Source: an uncultured Alphaproteobacteria bacterium | GTDB taxonomy: Bacteria; Pseudomonadota; Alphaproteobacteria; HIMB59; GCA-002718135 | Length of the DNA stretch: 64,000 nucleotides | NCBI GenBank assembly: GCA_902605135.1 | Contig: CACLBK010000002.1 | Coordinates: 2,164 to 66,163, forward strand | Direction: 5' to 3' | Part shown: positions 33,899 to 42,621 of the stretch, piece after piece | Layout of the letters: every line of letters begins with the position of its first letter | Position numbering within the stretch: position 1 is the first letter of the stretch | Made by a program: the position numbers and the translations under genes | The notes under the pieces: generated by a model | What the model saw: only the letters and a program-made list of their open reading frames with translations | What the model was told of the DNA's origin: nothing | The model's database searches: none

Positions 33899-36259
33899 AT
33901 GGATAAAGTTATTAAAAATTTTCAAAATATATCTTATGGACCAGCACCAGAAGATAGCAAGGAAGTTACTCATTGGATTAAAAATTTAAAAAATCCAAAT
34001 AATCTTTTTATAAATGGTAAATTTGTAAAATCGTCTAGTTCAAAAAAGTTAGACATCATTAATCCTTCTACAAATAAAAAAATAGCAACATTGTCTGTTG
34101 CTTCTAAAAAAGATGTAAATGCTGCTGTTAGTGCTGCCAAAAAAGCTCATATCAAATGGTCAAAACTTTCATCGTTTGATCGTTCAAAATATTTATATGC
34201 CCTCGCACGTCTAATACAAAAAAATTCTAGGTTTATTTCTGTTTTAGAGACCATTGATAATGGTAAGCCTATAAGAGAAACAAGAGATATAGATATTCCA
34301 CTTGTTGCAAGACATTTTTATTATCATGCTGGGTGGGCTGCTAGGAACACAAACAACTTTAATAACTCTATTGGTGTTGTTGGGCAAATTATACCGTGGA
34401 ATTTCCCTTTATTAATGTTAGCATGGAAAATTGCTCCTGCAATTGCTCTTGGAAATACAGTAGTGTTAAAACCTGCAGAGTATACCTCTCTAAGCGCTCT
34501 CTATTTTGCTGAACTTTGTGAAAAAGCTAAAATTCCACAAGGTGTAATTAATATTATTACGGGAGATGGTTCTACTGGTGAACATATAACATCGCATAAA
34601 GATATTAAAAAAATTGCCTTTACTGGATCAACTGAAGTTGGAAAGAAAATAATTCGAACAAATACTAATCCAGATAAAAAAATGACAATGGAACTTGGGG
34701 GCAAATCACCTTTTATTGTTTTTGAAGATGCAGATTTAGATAGTGCTGTAGAAGGTGTTGTTGATGCGATTTGGTTTAACCAAGGCCAAGTATGTTGTGC
34801 GGGATCAAGACTCTTAGTACAAGAAAGTATTGAGAAAAAATTTATCGTAAAACTTAAGAAAAGAATGGAAAAACTTCGTGTTGGTGATCCATTAGATAAG
34901 TCTATTGATATTGGCGCTATAGTTGCACCGGTTCAGCTTAAAAAAATTAATTCTTTAGTAAATAAAGCACAAAAGGATGGAAATAAATTATGGCAACCTT
35001 CATGGTCTTGTCCAACAAATGGTTTATTTTATCCTCCATCTTTATTTACAAACGTAACGCCTTCTTCTTTTATTGCTCAAGTAGAAATATTTGGGCCAGT
35101 TTTAACAACAATGACATTTAGAACACCTAGTGAAGCTGTATCCATTGCTAATAATACGCCTTATGGACTTGCGGCAAGTATTTGGTCTGAAAATATTAAT
35201 TTAGCATTAGATATTGCTCCAAAAGTAAAAGCTGGAGTTATTTGGATAAATTCTACAAACTTATTTGATGCGGCGTGTGGTTTTGGTGGTTACAAAGAAA
35301 GTGGTTTTGGAAGAGAAGGTGGTTCAGAGGGTATTAGAGCATATTCAAAATTACCACTTCCTCTTTCTAAGTCAAAAAGAGGAAAAAAATCATCTAAAGG
35401 TCAATCATCTAATTCTATCGATAGAACTCCAAAATTATATATTGGAGGTAAACAAAAAAGACCTGATAGTGGTTATTCCTTTTCTTCTTATGATGCTCAT
35501 AATAATTTTATTTGTGATGTTCCAAACGCAAATCGCAAAGATGTAAGAGACACCGTTGAGGTTGCATCTAAAGCAGTTAGCAAATCTTTCACTAATTTTA
35601 ATAGAGCTCAAATTCTTTATTACTTAGCTGAAAATTTACAAGATCGAAAAAATACCTTTTCTAGTTTACTATCATCTCTGATTAGTATTTCACAAAAAGA
35701 TGCCGAAAAAGAATTTGATCAATCAATCGAAAGATTATTTTATTACGGTGCTATGACTGATAAGTTTGAAGGCTCTATACATAATCCTCCTATAAGAGGT
35801 TTAACTCTAGCTGTTAAAGAACCGATAGGAGTTGTTGCAAATATTTTAAATGATGATTATCCACTGTTAAGTTTAATAACTACATTAGGATCAAATTTTG
35901 CAGCAGGAAATGCTAGTATTATTGTTCCAGGACAAAAGACATCTCTTTTAGCAACTGAATTGTATCAACTACTTGAAACTTCTGATGTTCCAGCTGGGTA
36001 TATTAATATCCTTACAACTAAACAAAATAGTTTGAATAATATCTTATCTGAACATGAAAATATTGATGGTATTTGGTTTTTTAGTGAAAATAATAATGAG
36101 CGTCTGAAGGTTATTCAAAGCACAACATCAAATTTAAAAAGAACTTGGTGTCCACAAGCAAAAAATCTTGATTGGTCTTCGAAAGAAGAAGATTTCTTAG
36201 AAGAGTTTTTATATCAAAGTACACAAGTAAAAAATATTTGGATCCCGTACGGAGAGTGA
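33899..36259 (+). CDS. Aldehyde dehydrogenase with extra C-terminal degenerate ALDH repeat
   Basis: Residues 1 to about 480 form a complete ALDH (PWNFP, [17 protein letters not shown]). Residues from about 500 to 786 repeat only the cofactor-binding half ([17 protein letters not shown]...[11 protein letters not shown]...) and lack the Glu and Cys motifs. Confidence 0.85.
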   Translation: [786 protein letters not shown]

Positions 36260-36271
36260 TATACTAAAAAT

Positions 36272-36730
36272 ATGTTAATTAACGTCGATCCTATTTTAAG
36301 TCCTGATATATTAAAAACATTACGTGAAATGGGCCATGGTGATAGACTTGTTATATCCGATATTAATTATCCTGCTCATTCGAACCACAATAGAGTTCAC
36401 CGATTAGATGGACTTGATATGACAACTGTCATGAGAGCTGTTTTATCTATTTTTCCATTAGATAGTTTCGTAGACTCAGCTGTTCACCGAATGGAAGTTG
36501 ATAATCAACCAGATAAAATTAATGATGCGAATAAAGAAGTAATTGCTGCAATTAAAGAGGTATCAGGAGATCATTGGAAAATTGGTTCATATGAAAGACA
36601 AGAATTTTATAAGCAATCAAGATCAACCTATGCGTATATTACCACAAGTGAAAGACGACCTTACTGTAATTTTATTTTAACAAAAGGTGTTATTAAACCA
36701 GATGGAACTGTTTGGATAATCGATAAATAA
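36272..36730 (+). CDS. RbsD/FucU-family sugar mutarotase (pyranase)
   Basis: LREMGHGDRLVISDINYP matches the RbsD/FucU HGD..V..D.N.P motif. About 150 aa. Confidence 0.8.
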   Translation: MLINVDPILSPDILKTLREMGHGDRLVISDINYPAHSNHNRVHRLDGLDMTTVMRAVLSIFPLDSFVDSAVHRMEVDNQPDKINDANKEVIAAIKEVSGDHWKIGSYERQEFYKQSRSTYAYITTSERRPYCNFILTKGVIKPDGTVWIIDK

Positions 36731-36732
36731 TT

Positions 36733-37647
36733 ATGTCGATTAGTATTCTTGGTATTTTTGTTGCTGACCTAGTTTTCTTTGGAGAAAAAATTCCAGTTGA
36801 GGGAGAAACTATTCTTGGTAAAAATTTTGTTATTGGCCCTGGTGGTAAAGGATCAAACCAAGCTGTAGCTGCAGCCAAAGCTGGTGCAAAAACTTTTTTT
36901 ATTTCAAAGATTGGTGATGATCAATTTGGTTCTATGGCAACAGAAATTTATAAAAATTCTGGTGTAGATTTTAGTAATGTTATTATTTCAAAAGATCATT
37001 CAACTGGCGCTGCAGGCATACTTGTAAATGAAGGAACGGGAGCTAATGCTATTAATGTTTTTCCTGGAGCAGCAGGTGCAATTACTATTGAAGATATAGA
37101 TAAAGCAGAAGAAGCAATTAAAAACTCAAGTATATTTCTCACACAACTAGAGGCACCACAGGATGTTGTAACCTACGCATTAAATAAAGCACATAGTTTA
37201 AATGTAAAAACAATTTTAAATCCTGCGCCAGCAGCGGAAATAGATGAGTCCTTATTTTCAATGATTGATTATTTTACACCAAATGAAACAGAAGCAAGTT
37301 TTTATGTGGATCATAATGTTGAAACACATGAAGATGCTGAAAAAGCTGCAATGCAATTATTAGAAAAGGGAATTAAAAATGTCGTTATAACTCTTGGAGA
37401 AAAAGGAGCTTTCTTTGCTAATAGTGAAGAAAAATTTTCTTTACCTATTGCTAATCTTTCAAAGCCAGTAGTCGATACAACTGGTGCTGGCGATGCTTTT
37501 AATGCAGGTTTTGCTGCAGCACTTACTGAAGGTCAAAATATTAAAGATGCTCTAAAATTTGCTAGTGCCACAGCTGGCTTATCGACAACGAGAATTGGTA
37601 CAGCAAATTCCATGCCTTCTAGAGAGGAAATTGATAATCTTATATAA
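36733..37647 (+). CDS. rbsK: Ribokinase-family sugar kinase (ribokinase or deoxyribokinase)
   Basis: PfkB motifs GPGGKGSNQAVAAA and DTTGAGDAFNAGF. Confidence 0.88.
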   Translation: MSISILGIFVADLVFFGEKIPVEGETILGKNFVIGPGGKGSNQAVAAAKAGAKTFFISKIGDDQFGSMATEIYKNSGVDFSNVIISKDHSTGAAGILVNEGTGANAINVFPGAAGAITIEDIDKAEEAIKNSSIFLTQLEAPQDVVTYALNKAHSLNVKTILNPAPAAEIDESLFSMIDYFTPNETEASFYVDHNVETHEDAEKAAMQLLEKGIKNVVITLGEKGAFFANSEEKFSLPIANLSKPVVDTTGAGDAFNAGFAAALTEGQNIKDALKFASATAGLSTTRIGTANSMPSREEIDNLI

Positions 37648-37650
37648 TTA

Positions 37651-37848
37651 TTGTATAATACAAATACTATGCAATTATTTTTAGAAAGACTGATCTATTT
37701 TTGGGCTGGAATTACATTTATTGGAATAATTGGATATTTTATTTATGCCGCATTTTTCCTGATTATTGTAATTGCTTTTTATGCTCTATTAGCTGCCATT
37801 TTAGCAACACTCTTCTATCATTTTTATTGGTCCAAAAGAGATAATTAA
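37651..37848 (+). CDS. Small hydrophobic membrane protein, unknown function
   Basis: 65-codon ORF with two TM-like segments, packed 3 nt after rbsK. No recognisable motif. The start is uncertain (TTG at 37651 or ATG at 37669). Confidence 0.35.
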   Translation: MYNTNTMQLFLERLIYFWAGITFIGIIGYFIYAAFFLIIVIAFYALLAAILATLFYHFYWSKRDN

Positions 37849-37881
37849 TAGTCTATAAATACCAATAAGGTTATTTATTTA

Positions 37882-39393
37882 GTGTCAAAATATATATTTT
37901 ACGATTTAGAAACTTCAGGTAGGGGTAAAAAAGAATATCCAACTGCCTTTGGCACTACTCCCAAATGGGAGCAGATAATGCAAATTGCTGCCATAGTTAC
38001 TGATGCTAAATTTAATCAAACAAACCAAAATATGAATGAATTTTGTAGACCTAGAACATCTGTGATTTCTCAACCAGGTGCTTTAATAACAACATTGAAG
38101 GGAATGCGTGAAGCACTTGATGCGCCTCAATCATCTTATGAATTAATGAAAAAAATTAATGAAACTTTTGATGACTGGAAAAAAGATGATCCGAGCTCTA
38201 CTTTTATTGGGCATAATATAATAGAGTTTGATGAATCAGTTCTCGAATATAATTTGTTTAGTCACATGTTTTATCCTTATGTAACAAGAAAGAGCAGGGG
38301 CGATACATTAAATTTAGCGAGAGGTTTATATGCCATCAACCCATCAAGTATTCAAACACCTTTAACAGAAAGAGGTAATCCTAGTTTTAAATTAGAAAAA
38401 ATTGCAGAGATGAACAACTTGCCTGTCGAATTCGCTCACGATGCATTTTCAGATGTTAAGACATCAATTGCCCTGACAAAATATATTAACGAAGCAGACA
38501 CAACTAATTGGAACCAACTTCAAATGACGATGAGTAAAGAAGATGCCATTGCATATATAAATAAAAATAAAGGATTTAGTTTTATGACAAGTTTTGGGGG
38601 AAGAATTAAACTTCAAGCATTGTCGATGGTATGTGAGTCACAATATAATAGTTGGTTTCACACAATTGATTTAGCTCATGATCCGACACCATTACTAGAA
38701 GCTAATTCTGAGGAATTTAAAAAACTTATCAAAAGGAAAAATAGATACGTTATTACTAATCAGCATCCTATTATTCTACCAGGTAAGATTGCTTCTAATT
38801 ATGAGCCATACGATGAGATTGGTTCTGATGTACTAAATGAAAGAGCTAAAATAGTATTCAAAAATAAAGATTTAGCAGACAAGTTTAAACTTATGGAAAT
38901 TGATAGGCGTATTGAAAAAGAAGATGAAAAATCTCAAGATAATGTATTTCCTGAAAGTGCAGCAAATGCCTTTCTCGATTTTAAACAATCAACTGAAATA
39001 GCAAAGTTTCATGAGCAAAATGACTGGAATGAAAAATATAAAATTGCTCTTTCAATCAAAGAGCCAAGAGCAAACTTTATTTTAAAAAGACTTATATTTG
39101 ATGAAAGTCCAAAAACTCTATCAAAAGAAGATTTTAAAATGGTTCACCGAGAGTTACATGAAAGGTTGGTTATTAATCAAGAAAGACCGTTTACAACGAT
39201 ACCAGAAGCAATGTCACAAACTGACACTCAATTAGTTAAAATGGAAGACAGTGATGATGAAAATAAAGCTCAAAAAATGCAAATATTAAAAGATTATAAT
39301 GTTTATCTAAATTTTATGGAGAAATATTTTTCTAATAAAAGTGCTGAACCCCTGCCAAGTGGTAAAGAACTTAGCAAAATAATCTTTGGTTAA
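37882..39393 (+). CDS. sbcB: Exodeoxyribonuclease I
   Basis: DEDDh exonuclease motifs FYDLETSG, GHNIIEFDE and HDAFSDV. The length and C-terminal domains resemble ExoI. GTG start. Confidence 0.85.
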   Translation: MSKYIFYDLETSGRGKKEYPTAFGTTPKWEQIMQIAAIVTDAKFNQTNQNMNEFCRPRTSVISQPGALITTLKGMREALDAPQSSYELMKKINETFDDWKKDDPSSTFIGHNIIEFDESVLEYNLFSHMFYPYVTRKSRGDTLNLARGLYAINPSSIQTPLTERGNPSFKLEKIAEMNNLPVEFAHDAFSDVKTSIALTKYINEADTTNWNQLQMTMSKEDAIAYINKNKGFSFMTSFGGRIKLQALSMVCESQYNSWFHTIDLAHDPTPLLEANSEEFKKLIKRKNRYVITNQHPIILPGKIASNYEPYDEIGSDVLNERAKIVFKNKDLADKFKLMEIDRRIEKEDEKSQDNVFPESAANAFLDFKQSTEIAKFHEQNDWNEKYKIALSIKEPRANFILKRLIFDESPKTLSKEDFKMVHRELHERLVINQERPFTTIPEAMSQTDTQLVKMEDSDDENKAQKMQILKDYNVYLNFMEKYFSNKSAEPLPSGKELSKIIFG

Positions 39394-40178
39394 TGTTTGA
39401 GCTTCAATATTTTATCATTGGCATTGTACAAGGCTTTACTGAATTTTTGCCAATTAGTTCTTCTGGGCATTTAGTTCTTGTATCAGAATTAATGAGTTGG
39501 CAAGATCAAGGTCTTTTTACAGATGTTGCCGTTCATGTTGGAACATTGTTAGCAGTTATAATTTATCTAAGATCACATATTACAGCACTACTTAAGAATT
39601 TTTTTTCTTTTCAGCTTACTTTAAATGATAATTTAATTAAAATTATTATTGCAACATTACCTGCGGTTATAGTGGGATTTTTTATTTTTGACTTTGTGCA
39701 ATTATATTTTAGAGATATCAAGGTTGTAGCAGTGACAAGTGTTGTTTTTGCTGCACTATTATTTGTAGCAGATCATTTTAAGATGAAAATATCTACCTGG
39801 GAGAATATGAGTTTTGTGCAGGCCTTTATCATAGGCGTATTTCAGGTGCTGGCCTTTATACCCGGAGCAAGTAGAGCAGGTGTTACGATTACTGGAGCAC
39901 GTTTTTTAGGATTTAATAGATCATCTGCAGCAATTTTTTCTATGCTTTTATCTATTCCCATTATTTTAGCATCATTAGTATTAACAAGTTTCGATTTAAT
40001 GAGCAGTACTAAGGTAAATATAAATTTATACCAATCATTATTTGCAGCATTTGTTGCATGTATTACTGCACTATTATCAATAAACATCATGATGCGAATA
40101 ATACAAAATACAACCTTTAATATTTTTATTATTTATAGAGTTTTACTAGGATTTATCTTATTATATTTTTATGCATAA
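39393..40178 (+). CDS. uppP: Undecaprenyl-diphosphate phosphatase
   Basis: GFTEFLPISSSGHL and PGASRAG motifs. Confidence 0.92.
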   Translation: MFELQYFIIGIVQGFTEFLPISSSGHLVLVSELMSWQDQGLFTDVAVHVGTLLAVIIYLRSHITALLKNFFSFQLTLNDNLIKIIIATLPAVIVGFFIFDFVQLYFRDIKVVAVTSVVFAALLFVADHFKMKISTWENMSFVQAFIIGVFQVLAFIPGASRAGVTITGARFLGFNRSSAAIFSMLLSIPIILASLVLTSFDLMSSTKVNINLYQSLFAAFVACITALLSINIMMRIIQNTTFNIFIIYRVLLGFILLYFYA

Positions 40179-41100
40179 AATATATGGAGTCTTTAGCGCT
40201 GTACTAACACCGGTAAAAAGTGATTTATCAATAAACAAAGACCTCTACCTTCGTCATTGTCAGTATTTAATGAGAGAAGGGCATGATGGTCTTGCTATTT
40301 TTGGCACAACGGGTGAAGCAAATAGTTTTTCTGTTCAAGAAAAAAAAGATCATATAGATTTTTTAATTTCAAATCGAATAGATCCCAAAATTCTTATGCC
40401 AGGTACAGGATCATCTTCATTGAAAGAAGCAATTAATATGACAAAACATGCTTCCTCGCATAAAGTAAGAGCAGTCCTTTTACTACCACCATTCTATTAT
40501 AAGAATGTAACAGATGAAGGCGTGATTAACTACTTTCGTCATTTAATTGAAAATGTTGGAGATAGTGAACTTCAATATGTTTTATATCACATTCCGCAAA
40601 ACACATATGTTCCCATTAGTTTTAAAACTATTGAAACACTATTAAAATTGTATCCAAATAATATTGTTGGTTTAAAAGATTCAAGTGGTGACGGTGAACG
40701 TATGATGAAGGTTATAAAATATTTCAATAATTTTTCAGTATTTTGTGGTCATGATAGTTTAGCTTTAAGTATAAGCAAAAGGGGAGGAGCTGGAGCAATT
40801 ACTGCCGGTACAAATGTGTGTGGAAAATTACTTAGCTTTATTTTGAAAAATTATAAAAATGAAAATTCAATTAAAAATTTTAATGAATTACAGAGTCTTT
40901 TAGAAAAAATAAGACAAGTGATTACGACACATGAACCTATAAGTTTAATGAAGGCTTATTTTTCCATTGTAGATAATATTTCTGAATGGAATAACGTATT
41001 ACCACCATTAAAAAAAATTGATGATCCTGAAAATCATAAACTTGTTTTAATATTAAAAGAGTTGGTAAAAAAAATAGATCCGTTAATAGCGAATACGTGA
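40171..41100 (+). CDS. DapA/NAL-family class I aldolase/lyase, specificity unclear
   Basis: FGTTGE motif and Schiff-base Lys context GLKDSSGD. Confidence 0.75.
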   Translation: MHKIYGVFSAVLTPVKSDLSINKDLYLRHCQYLMREGHDGLAIFGTTGEANSFSVQEKKDHIDFLISNRIDPKILMPGTGSSSLKEAINMTKHASSHKVRAVLLLPPFYYKNVTDEGVINYFRHLIENVGDSELQYVLYHIPQNTYVPISFKTIETLLKLYPNNIVGLKDSSGDGERMMKVIKYFNNFSVFCGHDSLALSISKRGGAGAITAGTNVCGKLLSFILKNYKNENSIKNFNELQSLLEKIRQVITTHEPISLMKAYFSIVDNISEWNNVLPPLKKIDDPENHKLVLILKELVKKIDPLIANT

Positions 41101-41442
41101 GTTAAAATATTTTTTTGCTTGAGTGGCAATTAAATTTTGGACAGGTTTTAAAAAGACAGCAAAACCAATACAATCAGTAAAGAAGCCAGGAGTAATCAAT
41201 AATAATCCTGATACTAATAGAAAAATACCCCCTTTAATTTCTTCGGTTGGCATTATACCTTGTGATAAGTTTTGTTGTGCATCAAATAACAATTTGATCC
41301 CTTGTCTACGCACAAGAAATATTCCCACTAAAGCAGTGGTTAGTATGATTGCAATAGTATTCAAAATTCCGATATTGGAACCGATTGTTATAAAAATACT
41401 TATTTCAATTATAGGAATAATAATAAATGCTAGAAAAATCAC
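41083..41442 (-). CDS. fxsA: FxsA family membrane protein
   Basis: LLITPGFFTDCIGF matches the FxsA signature PGF.TD. About 120 aa with multiple TM segments. Confidence 0.8.
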   Translation of the reverse strand: MIFLAFIIIPIIEISIFITIGSNIGILNTIAIILTTALVGIFLVRRQGIKLLFDAQQNLSQGIMPTEEIKGGIFLLVSGLLLITPGFFTDCIGFAVFLKPVQNLIATQAKKYFNSRIRY

Positions 41443-42443
41443 TAACGTACTATACCAGTTTTTTCATCCTGAATGTTTTTTTCTATTTTATTCTCAAATT
41501 CTCTTAATCTTTTGTATACACTTGCTAATTCTATTATTGTTGGCCATGCTCTAAATAAATATTGTAAAGAACCTTCAACTCTTCCAAATGCTCTTATAAT
41601 TTGTTGCATAACTCCAAGTGTCATTACTCCAGCAACAATTGCTGGTGCTAAAAAAATGTAAGCTGCAAGAACGTTAGCTTGTAAGTATGCTAGTCTTCCA
41701 ATACTGAAATAAAGGTAGTACAGATAACTCTTAAAATGAATTTGTCTAACACCTTGGAATAATTCATCTAAAGATTTCGGCCTAATACTTCCATCGTCTT
41801 CAGCAATAACTAATATTTTTCTGTAAGCTGCTTCTTTTTTTTGAAGATCATATTCAATTCCAACAAGTCGTAATAGCCATGCTAAAACAATCATCAAAAC
41901 TGTTCCTCCAACTGCCCAAATGAAAGCTCCAGATACCAATCCATATTGCCAGTCCCCAAACCATAAAATTGGAATACCAACTGATAGTGTCATTAAGAGT
42001 GGAAAAAATTCTACAAGAACTAAAACTGATTCAATTAAACTTGTCCCAAGACCTTCCATTATTCTGCTAAATTTAATAGTATCTTCCTGAACTCTTTGGC
42101 TGGCACCTTCTATAGTTCTAGCTTGATCATAAACACTATGGTACCACTCAACCATTGCAGTTCTCCATCTAAAAAGAAAATGTGAAGTAAGGAAAGAAAT
42201 TGCTAGACCTAATGCAATTGAAATAGCAGCAAGTTGCGCAAAGCTTAAGAGACCTCCCATGTAATCTTGCATAGTTATAGCGTTTGGTGTTCCAAGTGCT
42301 TTTTGGATCATATCATAAAATTCACCAAACCATTCATTGATGAGAACATCAATTTGTACTTGCACCCATATTGAAGTTAATATTACTGCGGAACCAATAT
42401 AAGCCCAGGCATACCATTTTGGATCAGTGAAAAATTTAAACAT
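41442..42443 (-). CDS. SbmA/BacA-like family membrane transporter
   Basis: INEWFGEFYDMIQKAL aligns by eye with E. coli SbmA VNAWYAPFYDLIQTAL. Polytopic, and it lacks an ABC ATPase domain. Confidence 0.75.
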   Translation of the reverse strand: MFKFFTDPKWYAWAYIGSAVILTSIWVQVQIDVLINEWFGEFYDMIQKALGTPNAITMQDYMGGLLSFAQLAAISIALGLAISFLTSHFLFRWRTAMVEWYHSVYDQARTIEGASQRVQEDTIKFSRIMEGLGTSLIESVLVLVEFFPLLMTLSVGIPILWFGDWQYGLVSGAFIWAVGGTVLMIVLAWLLRLVGIEYDLQKKEAAYRKILVIAEDDGSIRPKSLDELFQGVRQIHFKSYLYYLYFSIGRLAYLQANVLAAYIFLAPAIVAGVMTLGVMQQIIRAFGRVEGSLQYLFRAWPTIIELASVYKRLREFENKIEKNIQDEKTGIVR

Positions 42444-42495
42444 TAAAATTATATAGATTACTTTGTTAGTTAAAAAAGAAGATACTTAAATTTAA

Positions 42496-42579
42496 TTATT
42501 TCTTCTTTTGACGCTTTTTGTTTCTTCTATATTTAGAACCTCTTTTGCGTCTACCTCTATGTTTTTTTGGATATCCCAT
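42496..42579 (-). CDS. Candidate 27-aa hyper-basic peptide MGISKKHRGRRKRGSKYRRNKKRQKKK (not in ORF track)
   Basis: ATG...TAA ORF in the 178-nt gap between the lysR-type gene and the sbmA-like gene. 18 of 27 residues are K/R/H. TTGACT (42618-42613), a 16-nt spacer and TATACA (42596-42591) lie just upstream on the same strand. Confidence 0.35.
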   Translation of the reverse strand: MGYPKKHRGRRKRGSKYRRNKKRQKKK

Positions 42580-42621
42580 AATATAAGAATTGTATACAAA
42601 AATAAAAAATTAAGTCAAAGA

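Noticed and set aside
41123-41661. Plus-strand ORFs 41123..41554 and 41473..41661
   Set aside because: They are antisense to the fxsA and SbmA-like membrane genes and have no motifs. Hydrophobic genes commonly generate such shadows. The same reasoning applies to the other short overlapping ORFs in the track: 8894..9112, 10456..10680, 13042..13317, 14410..14595, 14716..14943, 16541..16777, 19587..20570, 21911..22612, 25440..25637, 29467..29787, 32522..32710, 34501..34704, 35265..35546, 36693..36878, 39842..40090, 45986..46336, 53999..54823, 55233..55415, 62394..62660 and 63298..63495.
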